Source: Chrysomallon squamiferum (Eukaryota; Animalia; Mollusca). Taken from it: DNA of 64,000 nt. The stretch is taken from NCBI GenBank assembly GCA_012295275.1, contig CM022670.1, positions 2,976,001 through 3,040,000 on the forward strand, read 5' to 3'. The translations under genes were made by a program, and so were the position numbers. Each line of letters starts with the position of its first letter. The stretch's first letter is position 1. Positions 16,327-28,916 of this stretch are shown here, one piece after another. Under the pieces are notes generated by a model. That model saw only the letters and a program-made list of their open reading frames with translations. It was not told the origin of the DNA and did not search any database.

Positions 16327-16432
16327 TTAAACAAGACGTCTAGTTGTTGTATACAAAGAACTGTTAAAGGATGTTTCATCAAGTATAAATGTAATGCCTG
16401 TTTATATACAAACAACTGCACGTCTTGTTTAA
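16327..16432. repeat. Inverted repeat (about 27-bp arms), MITE-like
   Basis: TTAAACAAGACGTCTAGTTGTTGTATA (16327-16353) versus TATACAAACAACTGCACGTCTTGTTTAA (16405-16432). Both ends are TTAA. Confidence 0.7.
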
Positions 16433-17085
16433 CAAATTCTGACACCAGCGCATCAACATAATCCTCTGTCCAGAGCATCTCCTCATTATTACCAATCGTC
16501 TCTGTGGTCCAGTGTCCGAAATGACCGCTGTCTGAGCCGAGAGAATCAGTCAGAATTAGCATCCTGCTTTCAGCTGGACTCGAGTGGCAGATTTATTTGT
16601 AGCCTTTGGTAGCTGGAGCCCGCAAGGATACAAGCCATACATGAAGAGATCAACTCTTGGTTTAATTAATGAGGCATCCCCGCTTGTCCCCAGGCAGATG
16701 GACTTGTCTGGTCCGGCTTGTTGAGAAGTTATTCATGTGGGAAGGGAACTCTGGTCGCAACAATGCTGATAGAGTATCAGTGTTGTTCTTATTGGCATAA
16801 TTAAATCTCGCTTCTTTCCGAGTGATAACTAAATTATCTCATGTGTGGTTTGATAGTGAAGCGCGGGATTTTATTGTAATAGGTTTTTTTTTTCTCCTTT
16901 TTTCTTCTTCTTTCTTTCTGTTTCTTTCTCTCCTTCTCTCTGTTTCTTCTGGGTGTGTTTATAAGTGTGTGTCCGCGTGTGTGTGTGGTATTCATGTTAT
17001 GCATACGTATTTTGAGGCGAAAGATAAGCTAGGCACAAACGTTGGAGGGACAGAAATAGACAAAGAGAAAGACAGAGAGAGAGAA

Positions 17086-17138
<53 letters not shown>

Positions 17139-18214
17139 GAGAGAGAGAGAGAGAGAGATCATTGTTATGAAAATAAAAACAATAAAATAAAATAATGGCG
17201 ATTTAATAAAATTTCATTTAGTTTTTGCTATTATTTCTGTTAGTCGCTCGGTCCCAACAACAGTCATTTGTTGGCCTGTCGTCTCTTGCCTGTCAGACAA
17301 ACAGACAGACAGACACAGACAAGCAGGTAGGCAGAAGCGATGTCAGATTGTCTGGCACGACTTCTGACATGCTTGCTGGAGGCTGACTAGTAAAAATTAA
17401 TAGATTAGCACGACTTTTATGAAATCTTTACAATTTAACGGATTTTGTGTAATGAAAAGTTATAAAACATCAAATCTGCTTTTTAACTATTAACATTTCG
17501 TTTAAGAATATTGAATCTCCTCTAATAAAGTTCTGTAATATATATATATATATATATATTTGTGTATAATGTTTTCCCCATCATTTCTTATTATATTGTT
17601 TTCCCATCTATTCTTGTTGTTGTTGTTGTTGTTGTTATTATTATTATTATTTTATTATTATTATTATTATTGTTATTGTTGTTGTTATTGTTTATTGATT
17701 TGTTTTGTATGTTAGTTTCTGTCATTTTATAAATTAATTTAATATCATAGTCATTCATTCTAATTTTAGAGTGTACCCAGCAATTTGATAAATAATTTTA
17801 GTTTCTTTGCCCACATTTTGATAATTTTAATAATTATCCTTAAGATATCCGTTCGATAATAATTGTTGTTTTTACAATAATGACAACAACAACAATTTTG
17901 ACTTGATTATTTATTCAGTCATTTCCATTTTTGTGAATCCAAATTATTTCTATAAAAGAAAATTCATCAGAAATGAAAAAAAAAAAAAAAAATAAATAAA
18001 AAAAAAAATAAAAAAATAAATAAAAAGAGAGTAAAATAAAAAAATAAGTTAAAGAAATAGTTTTACTATGCTTCACGGATATTTCAAACGTAATAACAAG
18101 GAATTAGCTCAACACAACACAACACCGAAAGCGAAACAACCCAATAATTGACGTAACAGTTTATTTTTATCTCCAGCAACATTTGCCCCTACCCACTGTG
18201 GTCATTTAACGATA

Positions 18215-18230
18215 AGCGCCACCTTGCGGG
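18215..18230 (-). promoter_or_regulatory. CTCF-like motif (reverse orientation)
   Basis: Minus strand CCCGCAAGGTGGCGCT closely matches the CTCF core CC(A/G)CNAG(G/A)(G/T)GGC(A/G)(C/G). Confidence 0.45.
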
Positions 18231-18948
18231 AAACGTCATAGAAAGATAACTTTTCTTCACCCCCTACCCCTCCGGCTTAGGAACGACTGCGGAAAGCACT
18301 GAGCAAGATTTACTTTTAGTATTTTATGGATGTTAATGTCGGACTATAAACTACGAGACTGCTATTGTGCCAAGCACCGTGTCACTGTTGGGCATTTCTG
18401 CCATTACCCTAACAAACCACTCGAAATACCATTATTTTATAGCTTGACTCCAATAAACCGATAAGTATATCTAACGTCTAATTTAAATAAGTCCATGCTT
18501 TTAAGCGCCCTGTTATTAAACCGGCCAAATGATTCTGCTGGCTTTTTCACGAATGTCTAAACAAAGTGCAAATGTGTGGATACTTAAAACGCACTTTCAC
18601 ACTCTGGGACGCACTGCGCGAATTATTGTTAAATAACCGTCTTCGTTTTATTGCAGGCATGAAAGAGATGAATGATGAAGACAGTGACTGATTGAGAATG
18701 AACAAAGTCACTCTGACATCTTCTGCAGATTGTCATGGTATTTAGGTGTGTGTATCAAATAATATTAAAACTTCATGTGGATTACTAATATGCCACTGCT
18801 TTACTAGTGTTATTACGTGTACTACTACAGCTATTACAACATCTACTACTACTACTACCACCAACCCTACAGCTACTATTAACATTACTGCTGCTACAAC
18901 AACTACCACCATCATTACTGATGTACTACTACTACCACTATATAGCAT

Positions 18949-18994
<46 letters not shown>

Positions 18995-19517
18995 TAATAA
19001 TAATAATAATAATATAATAATAATAATACAAATACTTATAGCAATATGAACTCTACATTTCAGGTAAACTTGTGCAAATCATTTAATCTTAACATTTATT
19101 CTTAACAGTTAATAAAACTTTACAGTCAAAATATTTCCAGATACATTAATTTTATTTGATTGTTTGGAATAGCAATGCTTTCATGTTTAGTAATGTTAGA
19201 TCCGCCAATCAGATATTTTTGTAATGCAAGAAACGTAATTACATATTTTGATTAGAATACAACCAGTCTGATACAAATGTTGAACACTTGTTTGACATAT
19301 GATATCTAATTAAAGGTAAATTATCAGTTATATTTAGAACATTTTAATTTAATTTTGAATATAATTGTAATTATTGTGAACATGCAGGAACCTGAACACA
19401 TATAAATAGGCCTACATACATACATACATACATACATATACATAAATAAATACGTACATACATACATACATACATACATACATACATACATCTCTTCTGT
19501 ATTACAATCTCTTGATT

Positions 19518-19735
19518 GTCTTAGTGGCCGAACAGTGACATCGTCCGCCTTCGGAGTGCGGGTGAATGGCTGCCATACGTTCGAGTCTCGACAGCGGCAT
19601 CTGACGGGTTTGTGAGGTCGTGATTGGACTTTGTCCTCCTGCGCCAGTGCGTTCCCGAATATTGTCTGAGTGCAGAGTCTAATCAGACGTACATAAGACA
19701 GAGAATATTAAAAAACCTAAACGACAAACATACGT
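19518..19735 (+). mobile_element. tRNA-derived SINE-like element (degenerate)
   Basis: A-box-like TGGCCGAACAG (19525-19535) and B box GTTCGAGTC (19579-19587). Anticodon-like arm CCGC-CTTCGGA-GTGCGG. Unique body, then an A/CAAA-rich tail. Flanked by near-identical 17-mers TCTTCTGTAT(T/A)ACAATC (19493-19509, 19754-19770). The cloverleaf stems do not pair, so it is not a functional tRNA. Confidence 0.65.
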
Positions 19736-20559
19736 ACGTACACAGACACAGTGTCTTCTGTATAACAATCACCTATTAATGACAACCATTTCTGCCAGTC
19801 TTGTTAGTGGCCGCAATAGACAAGTCATTCTTATATCTTGAACTGTTACAGGATCCTCTAATAAATACATTTTTATTGTAGAGGAAGATAATGTCTTGAT
19901 GGAACGATTTATTATTTTAGATGAATATGGCAGATGTGAGAATGTTAAAAGTGCTTACGAGTAAATCAGACTAGTTTATAACCATGACCAGTTTCTTTTA
20001 CAATTTCTAATAGAAATCAAATCTAAATCTTTCTGACATTTCTCGGCTGGAGATAAAATCTCGACAAAAACCTAATCTTAACAAAAACTTGAGTCAAATG
20101 TTCCAAACTTGGCCCAGGGTTAATAATCATCAACCTGTCTCCTCGCCAACTTTAAAAACTTCATAATAACAAAACGCGTCCGCTAACTTTCAACACTTGA
20201 TAATCACAGAAATGCGTCCGCTAAACCGTGAACGCCTCGCAATAACAAACCTGTCCCCTGACCCCACCCATGCTTCCCTAACCTCGACCACCCCTTTAAC
20301 ACCCGCCTGTCTTGTTTACTCTTGTCCCGTAACACAAAAGCGTGAAAAATCTGAAGAAATGTTTACGGCTCGACTCTCTGACAATGAACATTATGGCGAT
20401 GCATAGGCTCTAATTTACACAATCAGCCCGAAGGAGAGGCAGAGAGAGAGAGAGAAAAGATTTGCGAGATTACAATACGAGGCTTCAATTCGCGAAACAA
20501 CAAAGCAAGGTTTCTTAAGCGAAAAGCCTCATCTCTCTCATTCTCAAACCTTTCTCTTT

Positions 20560-20995
20560 CGTTCTCGTGTTCTCGCGGCGGACACCGCTAGGCGGCGCTG
20601 CGACCAATCGATAGACAGACTGGTTCGCCTGTAACCTGATTGACAGTCTTGGCGCAGGTCAGATAAAATGCGGATACAGCGGAGGTGTGTGGTGAATACG
20701 TACACGAGCTGGGGATAACGAGACTCGTACTGTGTGTAACGTTTACGTTGTTGTGTGTGTATACGCCGCTGACGCTTTACGTTTTCGTCTGTGACATCAG
20801 TACACACTTGGACCTTTAGATTCACCTATCCACGCGGTTCTGTTATTTTAATGAAGTTGGTGAGACGTGTTTATTGCACTAGGTAACTTTGAAATAATAA
20901 TTTTTTAAAAAAGGACTATGCTAATGAGACGGATGCAGACAGCATATTCTACTAGGATTGACATCATTACCTGAGTTACGGGAAATACTCGTGAG
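20560..20995 (+). promoter_or_regulatory. Candidate distal promoter plus non-coding first exon of the protocadherin
   Basis: CpG-rich island with CTCF-like CCGCTAGGCGGCGCT (20585-20599), CCAAT (20604-20608) and Inr-like TCAGT (20797). It ends in a consensus donor GAG|GTGAGT (20996) followed by T-rich intron-like sequence. Confidence 0.5.
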
Positions 20996-21534
20996 GTGAG
21001 TACGCTTTCATTTCTTGTGTATTTTGTTTTTATGCGTACATGTAGATTCTTTGATGTTAGAGTACTGGGATGACTTTTATATTTAAAATGAGTCAGAGAT
21101 AGGTACAGAGACAGACAAATAGACGAAGAGAGAGAGAGAGTGAGAGAGAGAGGGAGGGAGAGAGAGAGATGAAAGAGAGAGAGAGATAGAGAGAGAGAGA
21201 GTGAAAGAGAGAGAGCGTGCTAATTTAAATGAAGTACTTTCTTCGTTTTTCTCTAAGTATCCAAATAACAATATGTATTACTTTTTTTTGAAGTTAAAAT
21301 ATTTATATACTGAAAAAAGTATTAAGTGAAAGTATAATATAAAAAAAATCAGTATATATATCAAAATAATTATTTGTAAAATTCTACATTAGATTATATA
21401 CACAACCTACTGGAAAGGAAATTGAAGTAATTAATAATAGTTGCTTTGAGATGAGACATTATACAGAAAGGCTAAAATACCGAAATAATTATGTTTTACT
21501 ATATCTATTGAAAAGAAAGGCAAAGTATCAGTAA

Positions 21535-21590
<56 letters not shown>

Positions 21591-22654
21591 ACAAAGAAAT
21601 AAATTAAACTATTCAAAGACCCCGCCTCCCATAAAAGAAGCTGCACATCAGAGAAATCTAAAATAACTGAAAAAAGCTACAGTTTTTATTAAATTAATTA
21701 AAAATAATAATAATAATTATAATAAATATACAGTTTTTATTCTTCATTCTTAAAGTGTTGTGTTTCGTTTATTTGACAGATAACGTATATTTATATACGT
21801 ACTTAAACCCATCTAATGCCCCCGTGTCGCATGAATATTTAATTACGTTATTTTTAGCTTACCCGTAGTGATTTAAACAAGTAAATAAAACTATTAGAAG
21901 TACAATCAACCTTTTTGTCTGCTTAATATAGAGAAAGAGAGATACAGATGGACAGACAGAGAGAGAGAGAAATAGGATGAATGAATTATTTAGAAATTTG
22001 CATTTATATTATTTTTTGTGTTTTCTTTTCGTTATTAATTGTTTTTTCTTTTTGTTATTAATTGTTTTTAGAAACTGTATTTAGTCATTTTGTAATAAAT
22101 AAATAAATAAATAAATAGAGAGAGAGAGAGAGAGAGAAGAATGGATGGATAGACAAATATGTAAAATCTTAATCAAATAAAATTCTCAACAAAATATAAA
22201 TTGTATAAATTTTTAAAATAAATTTAATATTAACAATACAGCGTTTGTCCGTGTGTATAAAGAATTAACCAAATATACAAAGATAACGAAATGTGAAAAC
22301 TCGAGCAAGCGTTACGCATAGCTCTAAGTCAGTTTCCGTGTTTGACGTTAGAGGCTGGCGTCACAGTTACAAAACGTCTGTTTGAATGACGTGTTTGTCG
22401 CGAACACAGCAACTAACTGGTCAAAACAGTGAAACACAATCAAACTGATTTAACAGTGTACAGTATATAAATAAAACATGGACAGTCAGAGATAAAGATA
22501 GAGAGGGAAATATTAAACGTAACTGACGTAAATGAATAAATAAAATGATATATAAAGCTGACTAAAATATAAAATATCTTCTTTTTTTATTATTATTTTT
22601 TTTTTTCGATTGATTTATTATTTTGATTCCGTTAGGTAGGACTATATGTATATT

Positions 22655-22693
<39 letters not shown>

Positions 22694-23482
22694 TTAACTC
22701 TCTTACATGTTACTTATCTAAGTCTATAAGTTTATTTGAAAACCAGCTCTTAATCAGGTTAGTAATGTTCAGAATTTACTGGGACAAAGAAAAATAGTAT
22801 CACTGGGAAAAAAAAAAAAATTATAGAAATTTCATAACATTAATCATTCGAACGAACAAAGGAGTATTATCGTTTACCATTTTTCTCAGATTGTTTATGG
22901 GAAGAGAATATGAATATTTACATAATTTTTTTTGAATCCCAGGAATGAAAACAAGCCCACGAAGCCTTTGATCATCCCACATCATTCGTTTTCTGTGACA
23001 AAACACAAACGTTTCACTGGAATATTTTTGTAACATAAATGAAAACCATATCGACCGCGCGTCACAACTCTGTATATTTTATCAAGCTTTATCAAGCTCT
23101 CGAATCCATACCCGATGTTACCAACCTTTTGTAATGAACCAGGACCATCGTTAAATATGCCTTAAGCGGGCGTCTTTCCTGTTGTTTTTATGCACCTGGA
23201 AACTATACGTCTTCGAATCAACGCTACAAGCTGGCAAGAAGTGGCATTATCAGTTGTTTTTGTATATTTTGATTCCTTCGTCGAAGATATTGCATTTTTA
23301 TTAAGGTTACATGTTTTGTCTGTTGCTTGTGGCAAAACTATAAAATAAGACACAAAGTCGTAATGTCTTTTACTCACAAACCCTGAACAGAATCCGCGAT
23401 ATTGTTGTACGCATATCCTGTTTTTGTATATTTAGTTTGCTTCTGAACATTTTGCAACAGAAACAAGTCAAAAAGAAAAAAA

Positions 23483-23514
<32 letters not shown>

Positions 23515-26026
23515 AAAAAAGGGAATAAATGCAAGGAAAAAGCAAAAGATCTACAAAAACATTCGTAATCCTTGACTGTTTATGGCAAACCTATAGAATA
23601 TTAAATAAATAAATAAACATTCAAACAAACACACAAATAAATAAACAAACAAAGGAACAAATGAATGAATGAATAAATAAAATAAATAAATAAATGAATA
23701 AATAAAATAAATAAATAAATAAAATAAATAAAAACAATAAATAAAACGAATAATAAAAACAAATATACATAGCACGATTAAATACGTTATGTTGGAAATA
23801 AAAGATACCAAATGCGGTTCAGCTGTTAAAATAATGGCCGTGAAGACCGTTCATCTCTTGACATTTTATTTCGACACTGAATAATGTGCATTCCACTGAA
23901 TCTTTAAAACCTTCTTACGAGGAAATGACGTATTAATTCATTTGATTTATAGCTTTTTGACGTCAGGCATAAATTAAATTTTATTTTTTTAATTTTCCCT
24001 TTTTATTTCTGATTAATATATTTTCGTCAAGTTAGATATTTATTTCCAGCCCTTCTACATTTACAAAATTTATAGTTCTTAGAAACGTTCCTGTTCACGA
24101 TATTTTGAAAAACTGTATCCTTTTTTGTGTTATGTGTGGTGTTGATATAACTCCAACAAAATATATCAGTATATTACTAAATTAATTCTGAAAACTGAAA
24201 AGTAAACAAATCCAGGACAACAACAACAATGATAACAACAACAACAACAACAACAACAATAAGAGTAACAATAACTTAGAACAAAAAAAAAAAAAAATAG
24301 CAATAACCGAGAACTTTTTTTCAGAACAATATATCTGTATCATTTGTAATAGCTTTTAACGATGGAAAAAAGTATTTTGTTCCTTTTTAAAAAGTATTAA
24401 TTCAGACAAAATAAAATTAATGCGCTCATATCGAGTTTTATTGTGCACTTGTTTCAGTGAAGAAATAATGTTCAGCGAGGTGTGAGGAAATAAATAATTA
24501 TAAGCAACCTAAGAAGAAAGAGTAAAAAAAAAACATAAACCTGGGAGACCTTCTTTCAATTCATTACAAATGTCCCACGGAGATTGTAGACATAACACTG
24601 AGGCAGTATTAAGCTGTGTACTGACAGCTATTACTAAGTAAAATTGTTTTTCGACTATCAAAGCGTTTCCATGGAGATTTCGAGGGTCCGAGGGACGCAT
24701 GATGGTGCGTTAAGTTACTCAAACAGTCTCGTATTGACACAAACGTGAACAGTACACTAACGTATTACTTAATCACAAAAAAAGCTTTCTGACAGCGAAG
24801 CGTTGGGGGTCCACTCCAGTTTAATTAACGACGTAGGTAATGCTTACCGATTGCAAACATTCTTAATTAGTGGACAATGATTGGGTAAGTGTAGATGGTC
24901 GTTGCTGAAATGAAATCGCAGGTGTTTTTGCTGGACGCTCAAGTCATTGTTCTTCGCGTTTGGGTGATCAAAGCGCCGACCATCTTGCCGCAGTCCTGTT
25001 CTTTCATTGTCCGTGTTTGCTGTCGCTTCCAAAGTGTCGCGTTGTGTAACGCAACAAATGTTTACTACGTCTTTCATACGCCCTGCCTTCTTTTATTTCT
25101 TTCTTTTTTGTGTGTTCTCATCTAACGATTAAAGGCGCCAGTGAAATAGTTTTTGCAAAAATTCACTTTTTTTTTTATACGACTAATAAATCAAAGGGAA
25201 TCAGTTTGTGCTTTTGTCTAACTGGGCCATTTGACAAGCTGTTTATAACCGGCTTTGTCAACAGTTCGCAAATTAAAGACCATTTTCGGTGTCGGCTTGA
25301 TTAAAATTGTCGTACTAGGCCAACGTATTTCAGCAGGTAAAGGGGAAATTGCAGAACGTATATTTTTTCATGATTTATGGTGTCGTAAAACGTGCGGTTA
25401 ATTTGTGAAATCAGACGCCAGACTAGCGAAATACACGTAAAAGATCCCCAGTGCAGATTAACGGATGACGCCAGCCTATCTGTGAAGCTACTTTAAAAAC
25501 AATAAACCAAGACATAAACTGAAACAATCGTAATTGAATATGCGCTTATTTTCTTTTTTTTTTTCTTTTTTTTTTTTTTTTCATTATTGTGATATTTTTT
25601 TTTTTTAACGAAAAACTTTTTTTTTCATTATTGTGATATTTTTTTTGTTATTTGAAAATGTTTTGGTTTAAACAGTTGAACTAGTTGATTTATACGCTGT
25701 TCTAGATTTGTTATTTGAAGAAATAAAATTTGTTCTGATTTGAAATTAAAAATGATCAGGGGCCAACTAGTCGATTTAAAATGTTCTTTATTCTTATTCA
25801 TCACTAAAATAATATTTCTCTCTCTCACTAAAAACACTACTGTCGAAAATCATATTTAAACTTCGATCTAAAAACTGCTTTATGTTGTCAACGTATTTAA
25901 AGGTTTAATTTATATATCCAGTTTCCGCATGATTATTTTAAGATTTATCAAATACTTTCTGTTAAAACATATGTCCATTGTTTTTAATATATCAAAACTA
26001 ATTCACTATATAGCAATAATAATAAT

Positions 26027-26081
<55 letters not shown>

Positions 26082-27051
26082 TATACACATATAAACACAT
26101 ACACAAAACATAATAGACAATAAAATAAAGTAAGATGTGTGTATTATACAATCAGGGATGATGAGGTATTAGAGATGTATTATTATCAAAGTGTGGTCTA
26201 GACAGTGATATTCAACATTCCGATGGTTTGACAAAATCCTGCCACAAAGCTTCATTAAAATTATGTGTTAGACAAACAAACATAGTGAGAGTTCACAGAC
26301 AGATTATGTAGATTGAAAGGCATTAGAAAAAATCAGAGAGAAATATATAGACATTAGTGTTTATAATTTTAACTGAATATACAAACACAAACAAACACAC
26401 ATAAATGCCTGTGTGTGTGTGCGTGCGTGCGTGCGACTCTTCCAAAAAAAAAAAAGTTTCAGTATCTCCATATTTATGATCTGTTATCACACCAAGTTGG
26501 TTATTTTTCAATTCGCGAGTTAAGCAAGCATATCGAAGGTTTTGCAAGTTTGCCATGATCACAGCAAACGATAACGGGCCCATTATTTCACCCATTCAAA
26601 CACAATAAACACGTTTTCTGAAACGTTCGTATCGAATTTCTACAAGGGATCTTTCGACGGGGTGGTTTTAAATGTGGCAACGCACAGGCTTCGCGAGGTT
26701 TGACGGAGGCACAGAGAAGAACACGGGGAATTAACCCCGTGGACGCTGTGAATTATTTACACTGAGTGGAAGACGGTAACTCAATATGTCGTTATATAAG
26801 AAACTGACTGAGTGCTTTGTCAGTCAAATCGACCAGTTTTTTCCTCGCTCGACAGACGGGCAATAAAAAAGGTTTTGTCTGTTAAGCGGTTGATAATGAG
26901 AAGTAGCAAAAAATAAAGTACGAGACCTTCGTGGGTTACTGGTTTGAAGTTTAGTTCTTAGGTACAGATAGAGGGTTCACGTTTTAATTTATGTTGTCAG
27001 TTTAATTTGAAGTGAAGACAACAAACACAATATCCCCTTGATTATTGCTGT

Positions 27052-27159
<108 letters not shown>

Positions 27160-28499
27160 TTCTATCTCTCTCTTTTCACTTAATCTCTCTCTTTCTCACT
27201 CATACTCTATTATTCATTTACTCATTCCATTACTACTATTCCCAGAAATAATCAAGATTTATCTTTTCTTTTTTTTCATTTTTACTTAAACGAACACTTC
27301 CCAAAACACTGAAAAGCACAAAGAAATTTTTTCAGCAAATACAGAGTATTAACTTTTGCTCTATATTTAAAAAAAAACAATTATGATTCTATCCTTTCAA
27401 GTATTTAGAAAATCTCAGAGGAATACACATATCTGGTATTACACAATGGTCAGCAACCTTTTCGGATTATCCGGCTTCAAATCTTTATGCACATTATGAC
27501 TAAGTCTTCCTATATCACGTAATTTCCGTCAGATCATTGTCTACAGGAAACTCGGTTTGTGAGAATTTTTATTATTATTTTTTTTTTTTAACATGTTCGG
27601 GACAAAAAATATTGAAGGAAAAAATAAATAGATTACCAATATGATTAAAATACAAAATGATTTGAAAAAGGAGGAAATGAATCGAGTGTGGGAATAACAA
27701 AAATTATTACTGTGGCGTGGTGGTGGTTGTGGTAGTCGTCGTGATTACTGATGTAATAAAAATAATTATGACAGTAGACGTAATAGTAGAAGTAGCAGTT
27801 GTTGTTGTTGTAGTATTGGTAGTAGTAGGAGTAGAAGTAATAGGATAGTGGTAATATTAGTAGTAGCAACAGTAATAATAGTAGTCTACGCGGTAATATA
27901 AACAAACAAAAGTGATCACTGTCAAGAAGTTAAGCATTTGCATCAGTTCAAGCTATTCAGAGTTAATACACATATAGGAATCCATCGTAAACAGTTATTA
28001 GCAAGTGACATCAGTGAACTGAAAATTACACAATCCTAAACATAACAGGGGCGGTTCTGTTTTGCCTCAAAATCGTTTCATTAGGTGTCAGAGAACACGT
28101 AACAGAAAAACGTTTGATTTGATGAACCTAATCGTTATTATGTCCAATTGTACCCAACACCGACCCGCTCGTATAGCTAATTGTATCATTCTTTTAAAAA
28201 TGACATTTTCGCGATAAAACTGGCACGTTTGCAGATTGACAGAAAGCAACATACGTGACACAAATCCAGCCGCAGAAGAACTGTTGAAACCCCCACCCCC
28301 CGTAACAGGAGTGAGAAACCCGCTGTGCTGTATTCGCAGTGGGATGTTTGGCGGGGAGACACTGCTAGAAGTTGTCCGGGAATTAAGAATGGGGAGACTT
28401 GTGTGCAGGTTAAAACAAGTGACTCCCAGACTCTCCGGGGATGATAATGGCAAGTTAAACAAAAGCAGCGAGGGGTGCTTGGCTCACAAAAGATCCCTC

Positions 28500-28774
28500 T
28501 ATTGCTTTGAATAATTCGGACAACACACTGGTCGCCGTATGACGGCGGTCGTGCATAATCAATGACCAGGGTGGTCTAAAGCACAATGCAGTTGTTCACA
28601 CGTTCCCATTCACACTTAGACATAATCAAGTTGGTATTGTCGACAGGCAGCGTATTTACCAACAGTTTGAATTCGATGTCGGCACAACTCTTTCAAACTT
28701 TAGTGTGTTGTGTTGCTGAGTTTGCCGATACTGCAAATAACATTTCTGTGTGATTAATAACTCTGTTTTCTAAG
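28500..28774 (+). promoter_or_regulatory. Candidate alternative promoter/non-coding exon
   Basis: A high-complexity island ends exactly at a consensus donor AAG|GTAAGT (28775). Confidence 0.4.
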
Positions 28775-28789
28775 GTAAGTCAATGTCCG

Positions 28790-28916
28790 TATTTCGTATT
28801 ATAATTCAGTTTTATGCCACATGAATGTTGTTGATTATAAATATATATATATATATATATTTTTTTTATAATCAACAACATTCACCTAACATAAAATTAA
28901 ATTATAATAAGAAATA
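28790..28916. repeat. Inverted repeat (about 52-bp arms) around an (AT)n loop
   Basis: The left arm ...TGAATGTTGTTGATTATAAA is a perfect complement of the right arm TTTATAATCAACAACATTCA over 20 bp, and pairing extends with mismatches to about 52 bp. Confidence 0.85.

Noticed and set aside
16161-16562. 133-aa minus-strand ORF containing DSLGSDSGH
   Set aside because: There is an in-frame stop shortly upstream, the C-terminal half runs through an inverted repeat and low-complexity DNA, and no domain is recognisable.
19518-19600. Functional tRNA-Arg(TCG)
   Set aside because: The acceptor and T stems do not pair; it is better explained as a SINE head.
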